From Sphagnum compactum (taxonomy: Eukaryota): 64,000 nucleotides of DNA. The notes beneath the pieces were generated by a model. That model worked only from the letters and a program-made list of their open reading frames with translations. It had not been told where the DNA came from and searched no databases. The stretch is from NCBI GenBank assembly GCA_965153455.1, contig OZ234494.1:9362001-9426000 (forward strand). The letters are read 5' to 3'. Both the position numbers and the translations under genes were made by a program. This document shows, in pieces, positions 11,308 through 24,473 of the stretch (positions within the stretch are counted from its first letter, which is position 1; each line of letters starts with the position of its first letter).

Positions 11308-13867
11308 TCATGCACGTGAAAGGACACCCTTGGAGCTGCATAAGGACAAACCAAAACCTGTTAGCAGAATATCCACCAAATTTCTGAATCATCCAGCCAA
11401 ACAAATTTCTGTGCAGGATACAAAAACCAGATTTTACACTCATGTAGTACAACTGTGCCTTGGAAAACTGCAATCAAAAAGTGTTATGTAAGAGATTCAA
11501 AAACCTGCCAAGACATATACCTGGGTATGCCCCCCCTTCGACGTTCATCATGCTCTGTAGCCTGCCGAAGTGCTCTTGCAAAGGCTTTGAAGGTAGCCTC
11601 AATTATGTGATGAGAGTTTTCACCAGAAAGCTACACCCATTTACAGAAAAAAATATACAAATGAGTTGCACCTTCAGCATGTGCCCCAGTGTCTAGATTA
11701 TCACAAGCAACATATCTCCTGTAGGTATACCCTTTTGGCATGACAAAGCCATGTTCTGTCTCCACCAGATTGGTGCACACTTATTTGTGGACACAAATTT
11801 AAAGGTTGTAATGGAAAGCAGATGGAAAACACACTTTTCAGAAAATTGGAGAGTGTATACACATAGACATACTTGGCATTCCAGCAGCAGAAAATCTCAT
11901 TTGCCAAGTGAGCTCCTTGAAAAGAAAAACCATGGGTTTCATGACACTTCCATCACACCTGACACGTAAGAGAAAGTAGAGTAAAATGCTGAAGGGGGAT
12001 TGGGCACCTGGCAAATATGGAGAGTCATTCCTGAAGTATTGGCCAATGACTGGAAGAAGTGTTCCACCAACTGCAATCAAGGTATGAGACAATATAACAT
12101 TCAGCATCCAAAATAGTAGCTATAAATAACTGGATGCCTGTTCTTTTATACCATTTTCTCAACTGGAATGATAAGACAGGAAATGAAACAAGGAACAAAG
12201 CTGTACCTGCGTATCATAATTGCCAACGCGCTGTGTTGGAATCTCAAGGTTGGAACTCAAGTGGGGTCGTCCAGACAAATCCTGGAACCAAAACCTCACA
12301 GAGTTAACTAATGCAGGTCATTGACCAGTCTGCAAATCCCCAATTCCATACACAAGAAGATGCAAACTGGATATCTTAAAAGTATCTACATGTAGAGTAG
12401 AGGGAACAGAGAGTAGAAGGAGAGACACATGACCAGAGAAAAAGTAGCACAAAGTGGAGGGTAAACAACCAGAACAACATGCACCAGAGCTTCATCGAGA
12501 GGAGCCGTGAAATCACCAAAACGACAAATGCCTTTGCGATCTCCTAAGGCTCTCAAAAGTGCCTGCATTTTGGTATCATATTGTCTCATTCAACATCATG
12601 TCCATCAACAACCCTCATGCTAGTGCCATCATTCTCAATACTTCACAACAGAGTTCAAGCATGTTACAGCTCAGGAAAACCAGATTGAAGACATCAAAGG
12701 AGGTACCACAGAAAAAAAAATACTAGAAGAAGGAAAGTCTCGAGGAGGTGCACAGGACATACAGTTCCAAGTGCAAGAGCAACATCCTCATTTGTATGAT
12801 GATCATCAATGTGAGTGTCCCCCTTGGCTTTGACTCTCAAATCAAAAAGACCATGAGCTGCCAATTGCTGCAAACGAGAATCCACTGAATTAAACCCTGA
12901 ATGTGGCCTATAGTACCACTTGGGCCGATCCAGTATTTGAGGTTGCAGTATGCACACAAGAGTAGTCACTCACATCAAGCATGTGATCCAAGAATGGAAT
13001 GCCAGTGTCACAGTCACAGATGCCATTGCCATCCAGGTCAATGTTAATTTCAACACTTGTTTCCTTGGTTACTCTGAACTCTGATCCAATGCGAGAAACT
13101 CTTGCTGCACATCACAAAACAAAAAGGCAAGCAAGCATGAGACCTACAAAACTTTTATCTTGGGTTATGAAGGAGAGCAAATACTGCATTTAATGAGATT
13201 CAAGAAGCGGGCAAAATTCCACACTGCAGCACCACAGAGTGACATGTAGCAAGCAGAGTGCATCATTGATATAAGGTGAAATGCATATCCAGCCTAAGCT
13301 TTTGAGACCTCTGTTTGCAGCTTCTCAAAACATCCTCAGGAATACCGCAAAACCCTAAATTCCAGCAAAAGGAAGTACAACTGAGGACAGGTAGCAAGCA
13401 GAGTGCATCATTGGCATAAGGTGCAATGAATATCCACAGTCTAACCTTTTGAGACCTCTGTTTGCAGTTTCTCAAAAATTCCCTCCGGAATACTGCAAAA
13501 CCCTAAATTCCAGCAACAGGAAGTACAACTGAGGACATGTCCAAGGCAGACAGAGAGATTAGGTACCTCCCGTTCCTGCTAAGGGTTCTTGAGCTTGGGA
13601 CACGAGCTGCGAGAAGCTGGAAGACTGGGAAGCAGCACGGACAAACACAGAAGAAATCCAGGGTTTCTTTACCCTAAACCCAGAGGAAGCAAGAAAAGCC
13701 AAATCTCCTTCAAAGCACCATTGTCCCTTTCTTCCCGGCGACACCATCTTCTTATTCTTCTTCATCGGCACCCCTGCCCACTGAGTCGACAACACGACCG
13801 GCTTCAAGTTCTGATGCTGCTGCCCCAGACATCGCTTTGCCATACCGACCTCCACCAACGCCGCCAT
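11308..13867 (-). CDS. HISN5: Imidazoleglycerol-phosphate dehydratase, chloroplastic (histidine biosynthesis), 301 aa
   Basis: Eight in-phase exons: 13867-13567, 13104-12974, 12867-12763, 12562-12470, 12281-12207, 12070-12008, 11630-11521, 11335-11308. Motifs [61 protein letters not shown] and terminal [10 protein letters not shown]. Exon 1 is Ser/Lys/Arg-rich, like a transit peptide. Confidence 0.97.
13241..13550. repeat. Tandem duplication (2 x about 147 bp) in IGPD intron 1
   Basis: GTAGCAAGCAGAGTGCATCATTG...AAAACCCTAAATTCCAGCAA(A/C)AGGAAGTACAACTGAGGACA is present twice. Confidence 0.9.
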
Positions 13868-14679
13868 CTTTTTCTATTCTATTTCCCACAAAACCAAGAA
13901 ATTTGGAAAAAGAATCCACCACAAAAGGTATGCTCACTTCTGTTGATGCAAAGATGATCCACAACAGATCATAATCCGCAAATCCCTCAGATCATCATGC
14001 GCAACAGACTCTGCATTCTTCATGCAAAGACACACACGTCCGGTTTTTAGGGTTCGAGGGGAAGTTGCAAAGGATTGAACACGGGGAATGTCATTGGGAA
14101 CGCTGTCTTGGGGAACATGAGGAATACAATGTGAGGTGACTTAAGGCAAATAGCGTTGGATTTTAGTATTATACCCCCATTCACACATAGTGTTAAATTA
14201 GAGATGCAACGAACCCATAACATTGGAATTTAACATTGAATCAAATTACTTAACACTTGTCACTAATGGAACTTTACCATCGAGAATGTTGCACGCACCA
14301 AACGCCATTCACACACGAGGTAGGTGTGATGTTCCGTCAAGTGTTAATTTAACATTGAATCTTTGTGTTTATATTTGGATTGCTTATTTGTGACATTTGT
14401 ATCTACAAACTCTTGATGTATCATTGCCTTGCAATGCATGTATGTATGTGTTGTGATGGATCGTTTCAATGAATCAATGAGCATGTTTGTAATGAACATT
14501 GTGTTGTTCATCAAGATGGTCAAAAGCATCGTCAGTCGAGCTAGTTCAAAGCAACATCTTCATTTTTCATGTTTGATTCCACTAGATATCTAAATGTGCA
14601 ACTTTTAATTACAATAACAAAACTTAATAGTTATCCATTGTCTAGCATATTGTTTCTAACCTTGAATCTTAAACTAGAT

Positions 14680-15220
14680 GATTAGGTGAAGTTGAAAAAC
14701 ACAAGATGGTTTGCTCACTTTTTATTGACTAAATATGATGACGATCGATGGACTCAACACTTTTGAATGATAAAAGAATAGGTATTTTATATTACAAAGG
14801 TGTTCAAACTTTATATTCATAAACAAAACACAAGGTACCAAAATGTGATTCTAATCAAAATTAGAATCTCATGTGCCTTGTATGAATTGGCATATGAATC
14901 AAATTTTTTTGATGTGCAATGAATTTTTTGCCTTTGGAAGGCAAATTAACCATGTTTCTTGTTGTTTGAAAAGTCATAAGAGCCATCAAGAGATGTATTT
15001 CAAAATAAAATTGCATGGTACAAAAACATAAATGGAAAAATGCATGGATGAGTTTAAATCATGGTGTGGTTTACCAAACATTCATGACTACATAAATGAC
15101 ACAAACATTGAAATCATAAATCATGTTGTGTTTTTCCAAAGGATTATTATTAACATAGAAATAATGCATTTGATTTGGTCACACAATTATAATTGATCAT
15201 CAAAAGATATGACATACATT
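14680..15220 (+). mobile_element. Degenerate PIF/Harbinger DDE transposase (HARBI1-like) relic
   Basis: Broken-frame translation TRWFAHFLLTKYDDDRWTQHF, IRISCALYELAYESNFF/MCNEFFAFGR and MDEFKSWCGLPNIHDYINDTNIEI..FPKDYY resembles the Harbinger GLPxxxGAIDGTHI region. Stops and frameshifts are present. Confidence 0.8.
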
Positions 15221-16624
15221 ATTATTCTCCAGAAAGGCAAGAAAGTTGTTAGAATCAGCGATTTAGATTGTGGTGTTTGTGATGTGATTTTTAAAGGTAA
15301 GGTTTTTAATTAATATGTCACCGTTGAACAAATAACTAAAAAAATCAAAATTAATCCAAATTATGTTTACCTAAAATTATGAGTTGTTCAATCAAACAAA
15401 TTTGACTATAATCACCTTACGAATTCAATTTTCACACATTCAAATTGCATGAATAGTTATTTCAAAAAAATGTTGTATGTTAAAATTGAGAATATCAAAT
15501 TAAAGTTAAGTCACAAAAGGGGTTTGAAAAAGGGGACATGTAAATTATTCTTATAGTGGAATCTACTACTGTTATGTATTTCATTTCAACATTTCAACCT
15601 ACTTTGATTCTCATATTTTTTCATTTTGATCCTCTCAAAAAATTAATTCAGATTCAAATCATTGTAAGATAAAAAAAATTGTTCCACCATTGTTATCATT
15701 ATCACAACAATATGAAGGGGTGGAAAAAACAACATGAAAAGCAGTTCTAAATCATTAATGGTGAAAGCGAATTTGATCAAATGTCTTTACTTATGATAAT
15801 CAATTTAAGATTGAATATGATGAATTGATAGAACCCAAAAATGTTAATCAATGTGTTATGGTGTTAGTGAAAAATGTGACAACAATAAAAGGCGATTCAT
15901 TTTTCTAAACACAACTTACATTACATTCTCCAAAATGGTCAATGAAAGGGTGAAAACGTGATTTTTTCAACTACACACCAAATTGACAAGCAACCAACTT
16001 CCCATGATTGAATTTTTATTTTTTTTCGATCCATTCTATAGGTTGTATATTTGGTTGTATCATCTAATTAGTTAATGAATTTGGATTCTTCTTTCAGGTT
16101 GTTGGATTATTATTTATACTCAATCTACCAACTCTTTTTCTTTAGAAATTATGTGCAAAAGTTCATGTGTTGAATATTGTTATGCTTACAAATGACAATG
16201 TGCATCGTAACATGTGTCATGTGAAGATAATCATAAAAAAGGATGGTCATTTATGAGCTTCAATTGTAACAATTGAAAATCCTATCATTCTTACCATAAA
16301 AAAAAATTGGTTGGAAACCATGGTGGGTATGTTGAAAGTTGATTTCTTCATTCTGCCATGTCCAAAACATGTTCAACTTTTAATCAAAACCATTTTACAA
16401 GGTAAATTTCAATTGATTCCTACTTCTCAACTTATAAGTTTTAAAGAACATATTAAACAAATGGTTCCTCATCAAAATCATCTTCTATTTATCTATTAAC
16501 TTTTTTGGATAAAATGATACAAATTTTGCTATTGTCAATTTGAATGTATTCTATCTAATTCTAACATTTTTTCCTTCCATCTTCATCAAATTTTCATATT
16601 GATGTGGAGCTTGCCAATCTAAAA

Positions 16625-16872
16625 TATCAAGTCCTAATCAGTTTTCTGATTACATAAATGAATAATTCAAACCGCACTCAAAGGTAAGGCATTTCCCACT
16701 AATGTGGGAACGTTTATACTAGAAATAATAGTACTTCCAATACTGATTCCTCAGGGATGTAAAATATATAATTTTTCACTATCCTCATAATGTGTGAGAC
16801 ATATATTCACATTATGATCAGGATCATACTCTATGGTTGTAATTTTACCATATATATATATTTTTTATTTCA
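16625..16872 (-). pseudogene. rpl2: NUPT: 3' part of plastid rpl2 exon 1 plus the 5' start of its group II intron
   Basis: The minus strand reads [62 protein letters not shown]. It is followed directly by A|GTGCGGTTTG at 16678/16677, matching the plastid rpl2 exon1/intron junction (group II introns begin GTGYG). Confidence 0.9.
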
Positions 16873-17559
16873 GTCATCATTTCAATGAAAATGTTTTTTG
16901 GGAAAATGTTCGCATTTTTTATACTAACATTGTTGGGCAATCATTTAAATTTACAGATAATATTAAAAAATTAATTTCAAATTGAAATAAAAAATTTCTA
17001 ACACCCCATGTATATTCAATTAGTTCAAAATGGAGATTATTATAAACAATAGGTAAAAGGTCTACTTGGTAATCTATTCCACATTTTAAACATAATTATA
17101 TTTAAATTTTTATTCCAAACATAAGTTGGTCATAAATATTTTGATATCTAAACAATTATTATGAAATCTTTCCATAAGTCTAAAATAACCATCATCAAAT
17201 ATCCACGTGGAGCTTAAACAAAACCTTTGTAAATCCATCATTAATCCAATAATAAATCTGTTTTTATTGGTATAAGCCTTAAAAGGAAACTGAAAATGAA
17301 CAATAACATGTGATTGAGTTTATCACATTGTACTATGAAATATTTATGTCATAAACCTTGGGAATAATTTTTTGATGGACCTTTTGCAAACTTATTCAAA
17401 TGCATTTGTAGGATACATTATTATATCATTTAATTCATCATGTAATACCAATGTTGTTAGAAGTCAAATGCATAATCATATTCAATACAAATATGAAAAA
17501 ATAAAATAAAATTTTGTTTTGCAAATAAACAAATTGCAAAAGATCAATAACATCCCAAT

Positions 17560-17945
17560 ACTTAAATAATTTCCAATAGTTGAAGAAAAATTTTCAATGT
17601 TTAAAAATACCAATAGTTGAAAATGTTCCAATGGTTGAAAAGATACCAATAATTAAAAATGTTTTGACGGTTGAATAAATATCGATAGTTAAAAATGTTC
17701 TAGTGGTTAAATAAATATGAATTTCTAAAAATGTTTCAATGGTTGAAAAAATATAAATTTTAAAACGTTCCAACAATTAAAAAAATACCACTAATTCAAA
17801 ATGTTTCAATGGTTGAAAAAATAATGATAGTTGAAAATGTTCCAATGGTTGAAAAAATACCCATAGTTGAAAATGTTCCAACGACTGAAAATATCCCAGT
17901 AATTGAAAATGTTCAAATAGTTGAAGAATAACTTAATTGAAAATA
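17560..17945. repeat. Degenerate 18-19 bp minisatellite (about 20 units)
   Basis: Alternating AAAATGTTCCAATGGTTG and AAAAAATACCAATAGTTG-like units. Confidence 0.85.
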
Positions 17946-18499
17946 AAAAAATATGTCGCAAATAAGAAAATTAAAATACTTTCCATTGGACACCTTATGA
18001 TGACATTATTTCAAACATAATACAAATCCATTCCTACTTGACTTGTTATGTAAAAACTATGATTTTATTGGAAACATTTTCACAAATTGAAAGGGAATTT
18101 TTTTTAAAAAATCTCAAATAAAGTATTCACATAGTAAAAACCTGCAAGTTTATATTTCAAACACAAAAATTAGATGGCCACATAATGAATACAAAATTTG
18201 AAATATCAAACAAATTAATGATATTAAACATCACATTAAATCAAAGGAAGACATATATCAAAACATGGTAGTACATATAATGGACAAATTCAAAATGTTC
18301 CAATAGTATCATGTGAAAATTTATGTTTCTTCAGACAACTTAAAGTTGTTACAAATAAATCAATAAAAAAAATAACACATTTTAAAAATTTCAAATCATA
18401 AATGATAATTTTTAAAAATACTTTAAAGTTGTTTAAATAACATCAAAAAAGGCAAGAAACCATATATCAAGTTTTAAATAATATCAAGAAATAAAGTTA

Positions 18500-21400
18500 C
18501 AAAATATGTATCAAATTAACACATTTAGAAAAAATGTCATATTTCTCCACGACTATCTTTTGGTCAAATATATAAATTTCATGCTTATGGTCAATATAAA
18601 ATGAAAGATGATGTTATTAATGTTTCAACAAATATTAATCAAACACAACAAATGTCATCGCATTTGCCATATAATGAAATAACAACATGTGTATTTTAAA
18701 ATGGTGATTTCAATACAAATCACCTTTCATGTTAAAAATTGTTCATCTTAATTGAATCATGTTGACATTAATTTTTTTAATTTTAACACCATCATATACA
18801 AATTTAAATGTTATTATACATTTTTAGTGGACCAGTTTGTATGTTATGCATACAACCTTCAAAACTGAATGGTGAACATATATCATCATTTGGAATTTTT
18901 GAATTGAAAAATGAAGGACATGTAGATTGTGCACCAACAATCTCCATGATAAATATTTTAAAATGTATCCAAAATTAATGATATGAAAATGTTGTATATT
19001 TAATTGTTTCAAGTCAAAACTTTCATCATTTAGGTTTGTTCAAAAATCAACATTCAAAAAATAAAATTTTCTAAATTATATTATGGCCATCCATGAAACT
19101 TAATTATTTCTAAAAGTTTTTCATATCAACAAGTAACATAATGGGAATTCCTTCACAAATCCAAAGATTTTTCAACTAATATTATTTTTAAAAATTTTAA
19201 TTGTTAATTTTTTTTATCCAAAAGGTTGTAGGCTTTGGACGAATATGTATACGCAAAGGAAAACTAATTGATAGATCATTAAAGGCTTTTAAAGTACAAG
19301 ATAAACCAAATTTACATAAGATTTTCAATTCATATTTAGGGTATCACAATTTAAAAAGCTTACATATTTCATTATATTTTTTAGAAGATTTATGAAACAA
19401 TTTATTTATTATGATAAAACAATTTGACTTTCCAACATTTTTAATAACTTTTACATTTGTAAAAAGATTAAGTGAACCCATCATAAAAGCCTCATACACC
19501 TTACATGTTAAAAAACTAAACCTTCAAAACAAAATGAAACACCTTGAATTATTCATATTAACAAATTAATCCACATCGATTTTATAACATGTTCAAAATA
19601 TTATGATCATAAAACGTCTTATTTTCACACATTATTCAACAAAGACCCTTTCTTTTTGGGGACAAATCTATGATTTGTTTTTGTCATAGATTTTGAAAAT
19701 CATAACAGTGAACAGGACCATGGCCTTTTATGGATTAAACATGTGCCCATACATGGAATTAATACAAATGAAAAAATAAAAAATTTGTGATTAAATACAT
19801 TCCATGTGATGTTTCATTATTACCAATTACATTACAAAATGCACAACATTAACACATTTGAACATGTAAGAAAAAAATCATGTTGTTTGTAAATTCCATT
19901 ATCCATTACCTCCCATGAGTATAACAAAAATATTAGCCCCACTTGAATTACAAGAAGACCTATTTTTTAAGAGAAAATATTTGTAAGAACAAGGAACAAT
20001 TTTTTTAAATCTTTAAAATATTTCAAAAAAAATGAAAACAATACATTCTCTAAATTTTGAAAACTTTTACATCTTGATGAAAATACATACATATTAAAAT
20101 TAGGAGCAAATTAATAGCTACACATTTTCTTAAAATGAACACCATAAATATTATAATTAATGTATTTGGCACATGTGTTATTCCTTTGTGGTTTGTAAAT
20201 ACAAATATGCAATTTATTTTAGATCCATATCAACTACATCATATTGTACATCATACATGACTTAAATCGACAAATCTGTAAAATTAAAATTATATTTTAT
20301 AATTTAAAAAATATTTCAATAAAATTGATGCCAACATTAAAATCCAAAAATGAAACAATATTTTTTTTCAATTTTCAACAAATGTTTGCCCAACTAGCTA
20401 CTTATTTAGATCTTTCAAAAATTTCAATTCATCATGAACATTTAACTTTATCAGTATTTATCATATTAGGGATGTGTTTCTGTATTAAAACAAAAATCCT
20501 TACTAAATCAATTAAAACTTTATTCTATTAACACAATGTATTCATCAATTATAGAAAACTATTCAAATTGAAAAAATCTTAGATCAAATTTTATCATTAC
20601 CTGAATTTGTTTTCTATTACAACATAAATAATAAAATATCAAAATGATGGAAATTAACAATCATGAAGTTTGGGAATTGTACTAATTATAAAAATAATAA
20701 AATTTGATCAAGAGAACAACTTCTTTTATATTCACCATTTAAAAATTCAAAGGATTCATAATTTGGCACAAATGTTAGGTGACATGATGCATATTGTCAA
20801 GTAGAAAAAAAATATCAAAAATTAAATCCAAATTCAATTATAAGATTCAACACATACATGCAAATGAAGAAGATGATGTTAAAAATTTAAATCAAAATCC
20901 CTCATCCACAAAACATATGGAATGATGATATTGATGATGACATTGGTAACATGTGTATTTTAACCCCCATTACAAACACATTACATATTGAAAAATACAA
21001 TTTGAAAAACGATTTCATCATTCAATCAAGTGATACATTAAATAAAAAACACAAAATTTTGAAAATGATGGTTTATAACATCATCAGATTTTATGATAAT
21101 GGATGAATTTGAATATTAGATTTTATTTAAACAATTAAATGAAGAACAAAAATAATATTTGACGATGTCATGTATAGAAAAATATGTATATTAATATTCC
21201 AATGGATTTATTTTTGATAAGAGGTGTTGGAATTAATGAAAATTAATTACTCAAGGCTTATTGTGATTATATAATAAGGACTTGTCATCAAATTTAACAA
21301 AATAAAAACTCTACTCATAACATTTATAGGTATAGTTGTATTTAATATTGATAATTAGATAATACATACTGTTTTGAACATACATGTCCAATAAATATTA

Positions 21401-23120
21401 ATAAACATATTGAATTTATTATAAGATTTTTTAAATAGATTCACATGTCAACATGAATAGTTACATCTAATTATTGTAGATGAAAAATCTTTCATAAGTG
21501 TTAAAATATTTAATGTTATAAATCATCAATTAAAAGTAATAAAACATATTCAAAACTAACTTTTTAGTGGTCTAAATGTCATCACGTGAAGTGACTTTTA
21601 TCGAACACTTTTTGTAAAAGATTGTTGGATTCTTGAATCTTTTAATGACAATAGTAAAACATTAGCACCAAACTTTTGCAAAAACAATGTTAAATGCTAT
21701 GGTTGATTATAGTTATGTGACAAACTAATACACAAATTATAAACAAATTAAACAAATTCCATACATGCATGCAAAATTTAGAAGACATTCAATATTTTAA
21801 TTCAAATTGTTGTCAACAAATATCAAATGCACTAACTACATACTTATTTTATACAAATATCCTAGTGCAAAAAATAATAAAATTGTATTTAACAAAATAA
21901 TTAGCCCAACATTCAATTTTGAATTTACAAACATTCACCACCATTCATGCTCAACATCATATAAACTTCTAAATGGCCTAAGCAAAATTACAATTTTACA
22001 TATTACAGTTTGTATCAAACAAAATATGTTAGATGAATTTGTGCTAAAAAAATTGCAAAATCCAATGGTCTTGTTAGTGGAGTTGATGGTATATTCAAAA
22101 CATCAATATCATATCATAATAAAACCATAATTTGGATATCTTTCCCAAATCCAAAAATAGGAATGTTAGTTAGAAAGAAGTCTATTCATTACAAACAATA
22201 TTCAACTAAATTAAACATTACTTGAACCAATTATCAAAGACATACGAATGGACAAAACCAATCTCATATTATAATGAGAATTCAATTTCCAATTCAAGTA
22301 GCAACAATAAAAATCATTCATCAATCACAAGGAGTATCATTAGATCAATTCACTTTTGATCCTACTAATGTTAAAAAACATAATCTATCATACACAATTG
22401 TTTTCACATTCCAACAAAAGAAAGATTATATTTTTAAATTTCATTTCAACATCACAAGTTTCACATTGATCAATGTGTAGTTGAGTATATAAAGAGATTG
22501 AAAAATCTGCAAATTGAACACCTTTTGCTCCTCAATTGAAAAACTTTTATCATTTACATGTTATTATACAAGCCCTTAATACAAAAGCTTTACAACAACA
22601 ATATCAACATATAAACTATAACACCAACCTACAAGTATCACACATTCTATATGTTTTGGAAACAAAAACACAATTGTCAAATGACATAAAAATTCAAAAA
22701 TACATCAAAATATTCTTATATCTCAATTTATGGTGACCATGGTTTGATAATGGTATACAACACGCAAATATTGTAACATTGTTATAACAAAACAAACATG
22801 TAATGGATTTGAATGTATAATAATTATGTTTAACATAAAAACTCAAAAAAAAATTCATATTGCATGTGTTTATAAATGTCATTCTTGTTTAATTTCTATA
22901 TTTTTCAACACATTAAAAACTTTGATTCAAAAATCTCCAAATGATTGCTCACTCATTATTTTAGAAGATTAGATATTGAAATATAAGATGACACTAATTG
23001 TGAGAATGATAAAAACAATTATATAAATTTTATGAATAAATTGAAATTAAAATTTCACTTTCGAAATAACAGAACAAAAGTTGAATCACAATTGAATCAC
23101 ATATGAACAAATCATTACAA
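18500..23120 (+). mobile_element. Decayed Helentron-type Helitron: Rep (HUH) + PIF1-like helicase + AP endonuclease
   Basis: Broken-frame motifs in the expected order: NNLFIMIKQF/LPTFLITFTF (~19400); ITCSKYYDHK; DFENHNSEQDHGLLWIKHVP (Rep HUH, ~19700); FILDPY..SYCTSYMT (~20230); LNEEQK..LFLIRGVG (~21140-21230); LIIVDEKS and LFSGLNVIT.SDFY (~21470-21600); RIQFPIQVATIKIIHQSQGVSLD (22274); then APE-like IIQALNTKAL..ILYVLETK, IILED and SQLNHI*TN (22550-23110). The element may extend further 5' to about 15.3 kb. Confidence 0.85.
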
Positions 23121-23740
23121 CAAAAGGTGTCTCTATACGTCAAATGATTTCACTAGATTTTGAGTGAATTCACTGGTTGTGATGAACAAGGACCAGTGAA
23201 AAAGTAGTAAATTCACTAGTCTAGTGAACGGGGACTAATGAACTGCACCCACATTTTGTAATAGTAAATACACTAATCAAGAATCAGTGCAAATCAAGAG
23301 TATGAAAAACGTAGTGACAAGATTTTCCCAAACCAATTTATATGGGCATCATGTTGGGTTAGGTTGCATTGAACTTCATACCAACACATATGATGTTCTA
23401 ACACGTCCTAAAATACCATTCTCACACTCAAAATTTTTTTTCCAAAGATTCTTGAAAAAAGTTGTCCTAATGTTTAGGAAAAAAATTTCTTCAGAAATCC
23501 AAATTGTGTGTGTATGTGTGTGTGTGTGTTCTTTTTCCTTTTGTGGGTGTTTTGTTTTCTTAGACAATCTTCTCAGTTTTGTTTTGCAGTGTGCGTTTTT
23601 CCAAGTGTGAAGAAACGCGTCGAAAGCACAAGCTCACTTTGTTAGATGTGTCTGAAATAGGATCAGGATAAGAGATTATCGCTGGGGTGAAATTTAGTTG
23701 ACGTAGTGTTGTTGCTGCTGCCGCCGCCGCCGCCGTCGTC

Positions 23741-23780
23741 TTTCTCTCTCTCACTCACTCACTCACTCACTCACTCACTC
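23741..23780. repeat. (CT)n/(CACT)n microsatellite in the probable 5' leader of the U-box gene
   Basis: TTTCTCTCTCTCACTCACTCACTCACTCACTCACTCACTC. Confidence 0.9.
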
Positions 23781-24473
23781 GTAGCACAGTCGTTGTTCAG
23801 TTTTGGGTGGGGGAGCGGGAAAGACAAAAGAAGGGGAAAAAAAAACCACGGGAGAAGAGGAGGAGATTTGAGAATGCTGCGGAGGTTTTTGAAGGATGGG
23901 TGTGGTTCTTGTTGACTGGAAAGCGAACGCGGCAGCAAACTTGCGCATTGCTGAATTAGGTGTTTTGTTGAGTGGAGCATCGCATTTTAGGGTTTTGGGA
24001 TTTCTCCTGGGACTGAACAATTACTGTGAGGATGGGATGTGCCTGGTGACAGACAGATTTGAAGAAGAGCGTTTTGGGTAGTGATAGATAGGAAGGAGCA
24101 GAAATTTCGCTGTTTGTATTGCCATCCAGACATGACGATGATGATGATAATGATGGGTTAGGGTTAGGGTTTGGCATGTCTGGAGAGGGATACGAATGCA
24201 CATGCCATAGCCAGAAGAAAGTGTTGTTGTGATAAGCGGTGGGTTATGCGAGTAAGTGTTGTCTTCTGTCAAATACTTACTTCCCTGAAGTTTTCTCTGA
24301 AGGCGTGGAGATACTCTTAGGGGAGCTCCAGAAAGTGTGGTGCATAAGGATTAGGGTTATCGGTAAAGACAAGAAATGGGTACGCACACATTAGGTGGAG
24401 GAAGAGGTGGAGAGGCTGGACGTAGTGCCTTCTTGTAGGATTTGACCAAAAGCTCCCAAATCTCAGGAGTGCT

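Noticed and set aside
3332..13867. PTOX and IGPD as a functional plastid gene cluster
   Set aside because: They belong to unrelated pathways, and adjacency alone is not evidence without conserved synteny or co-expression.
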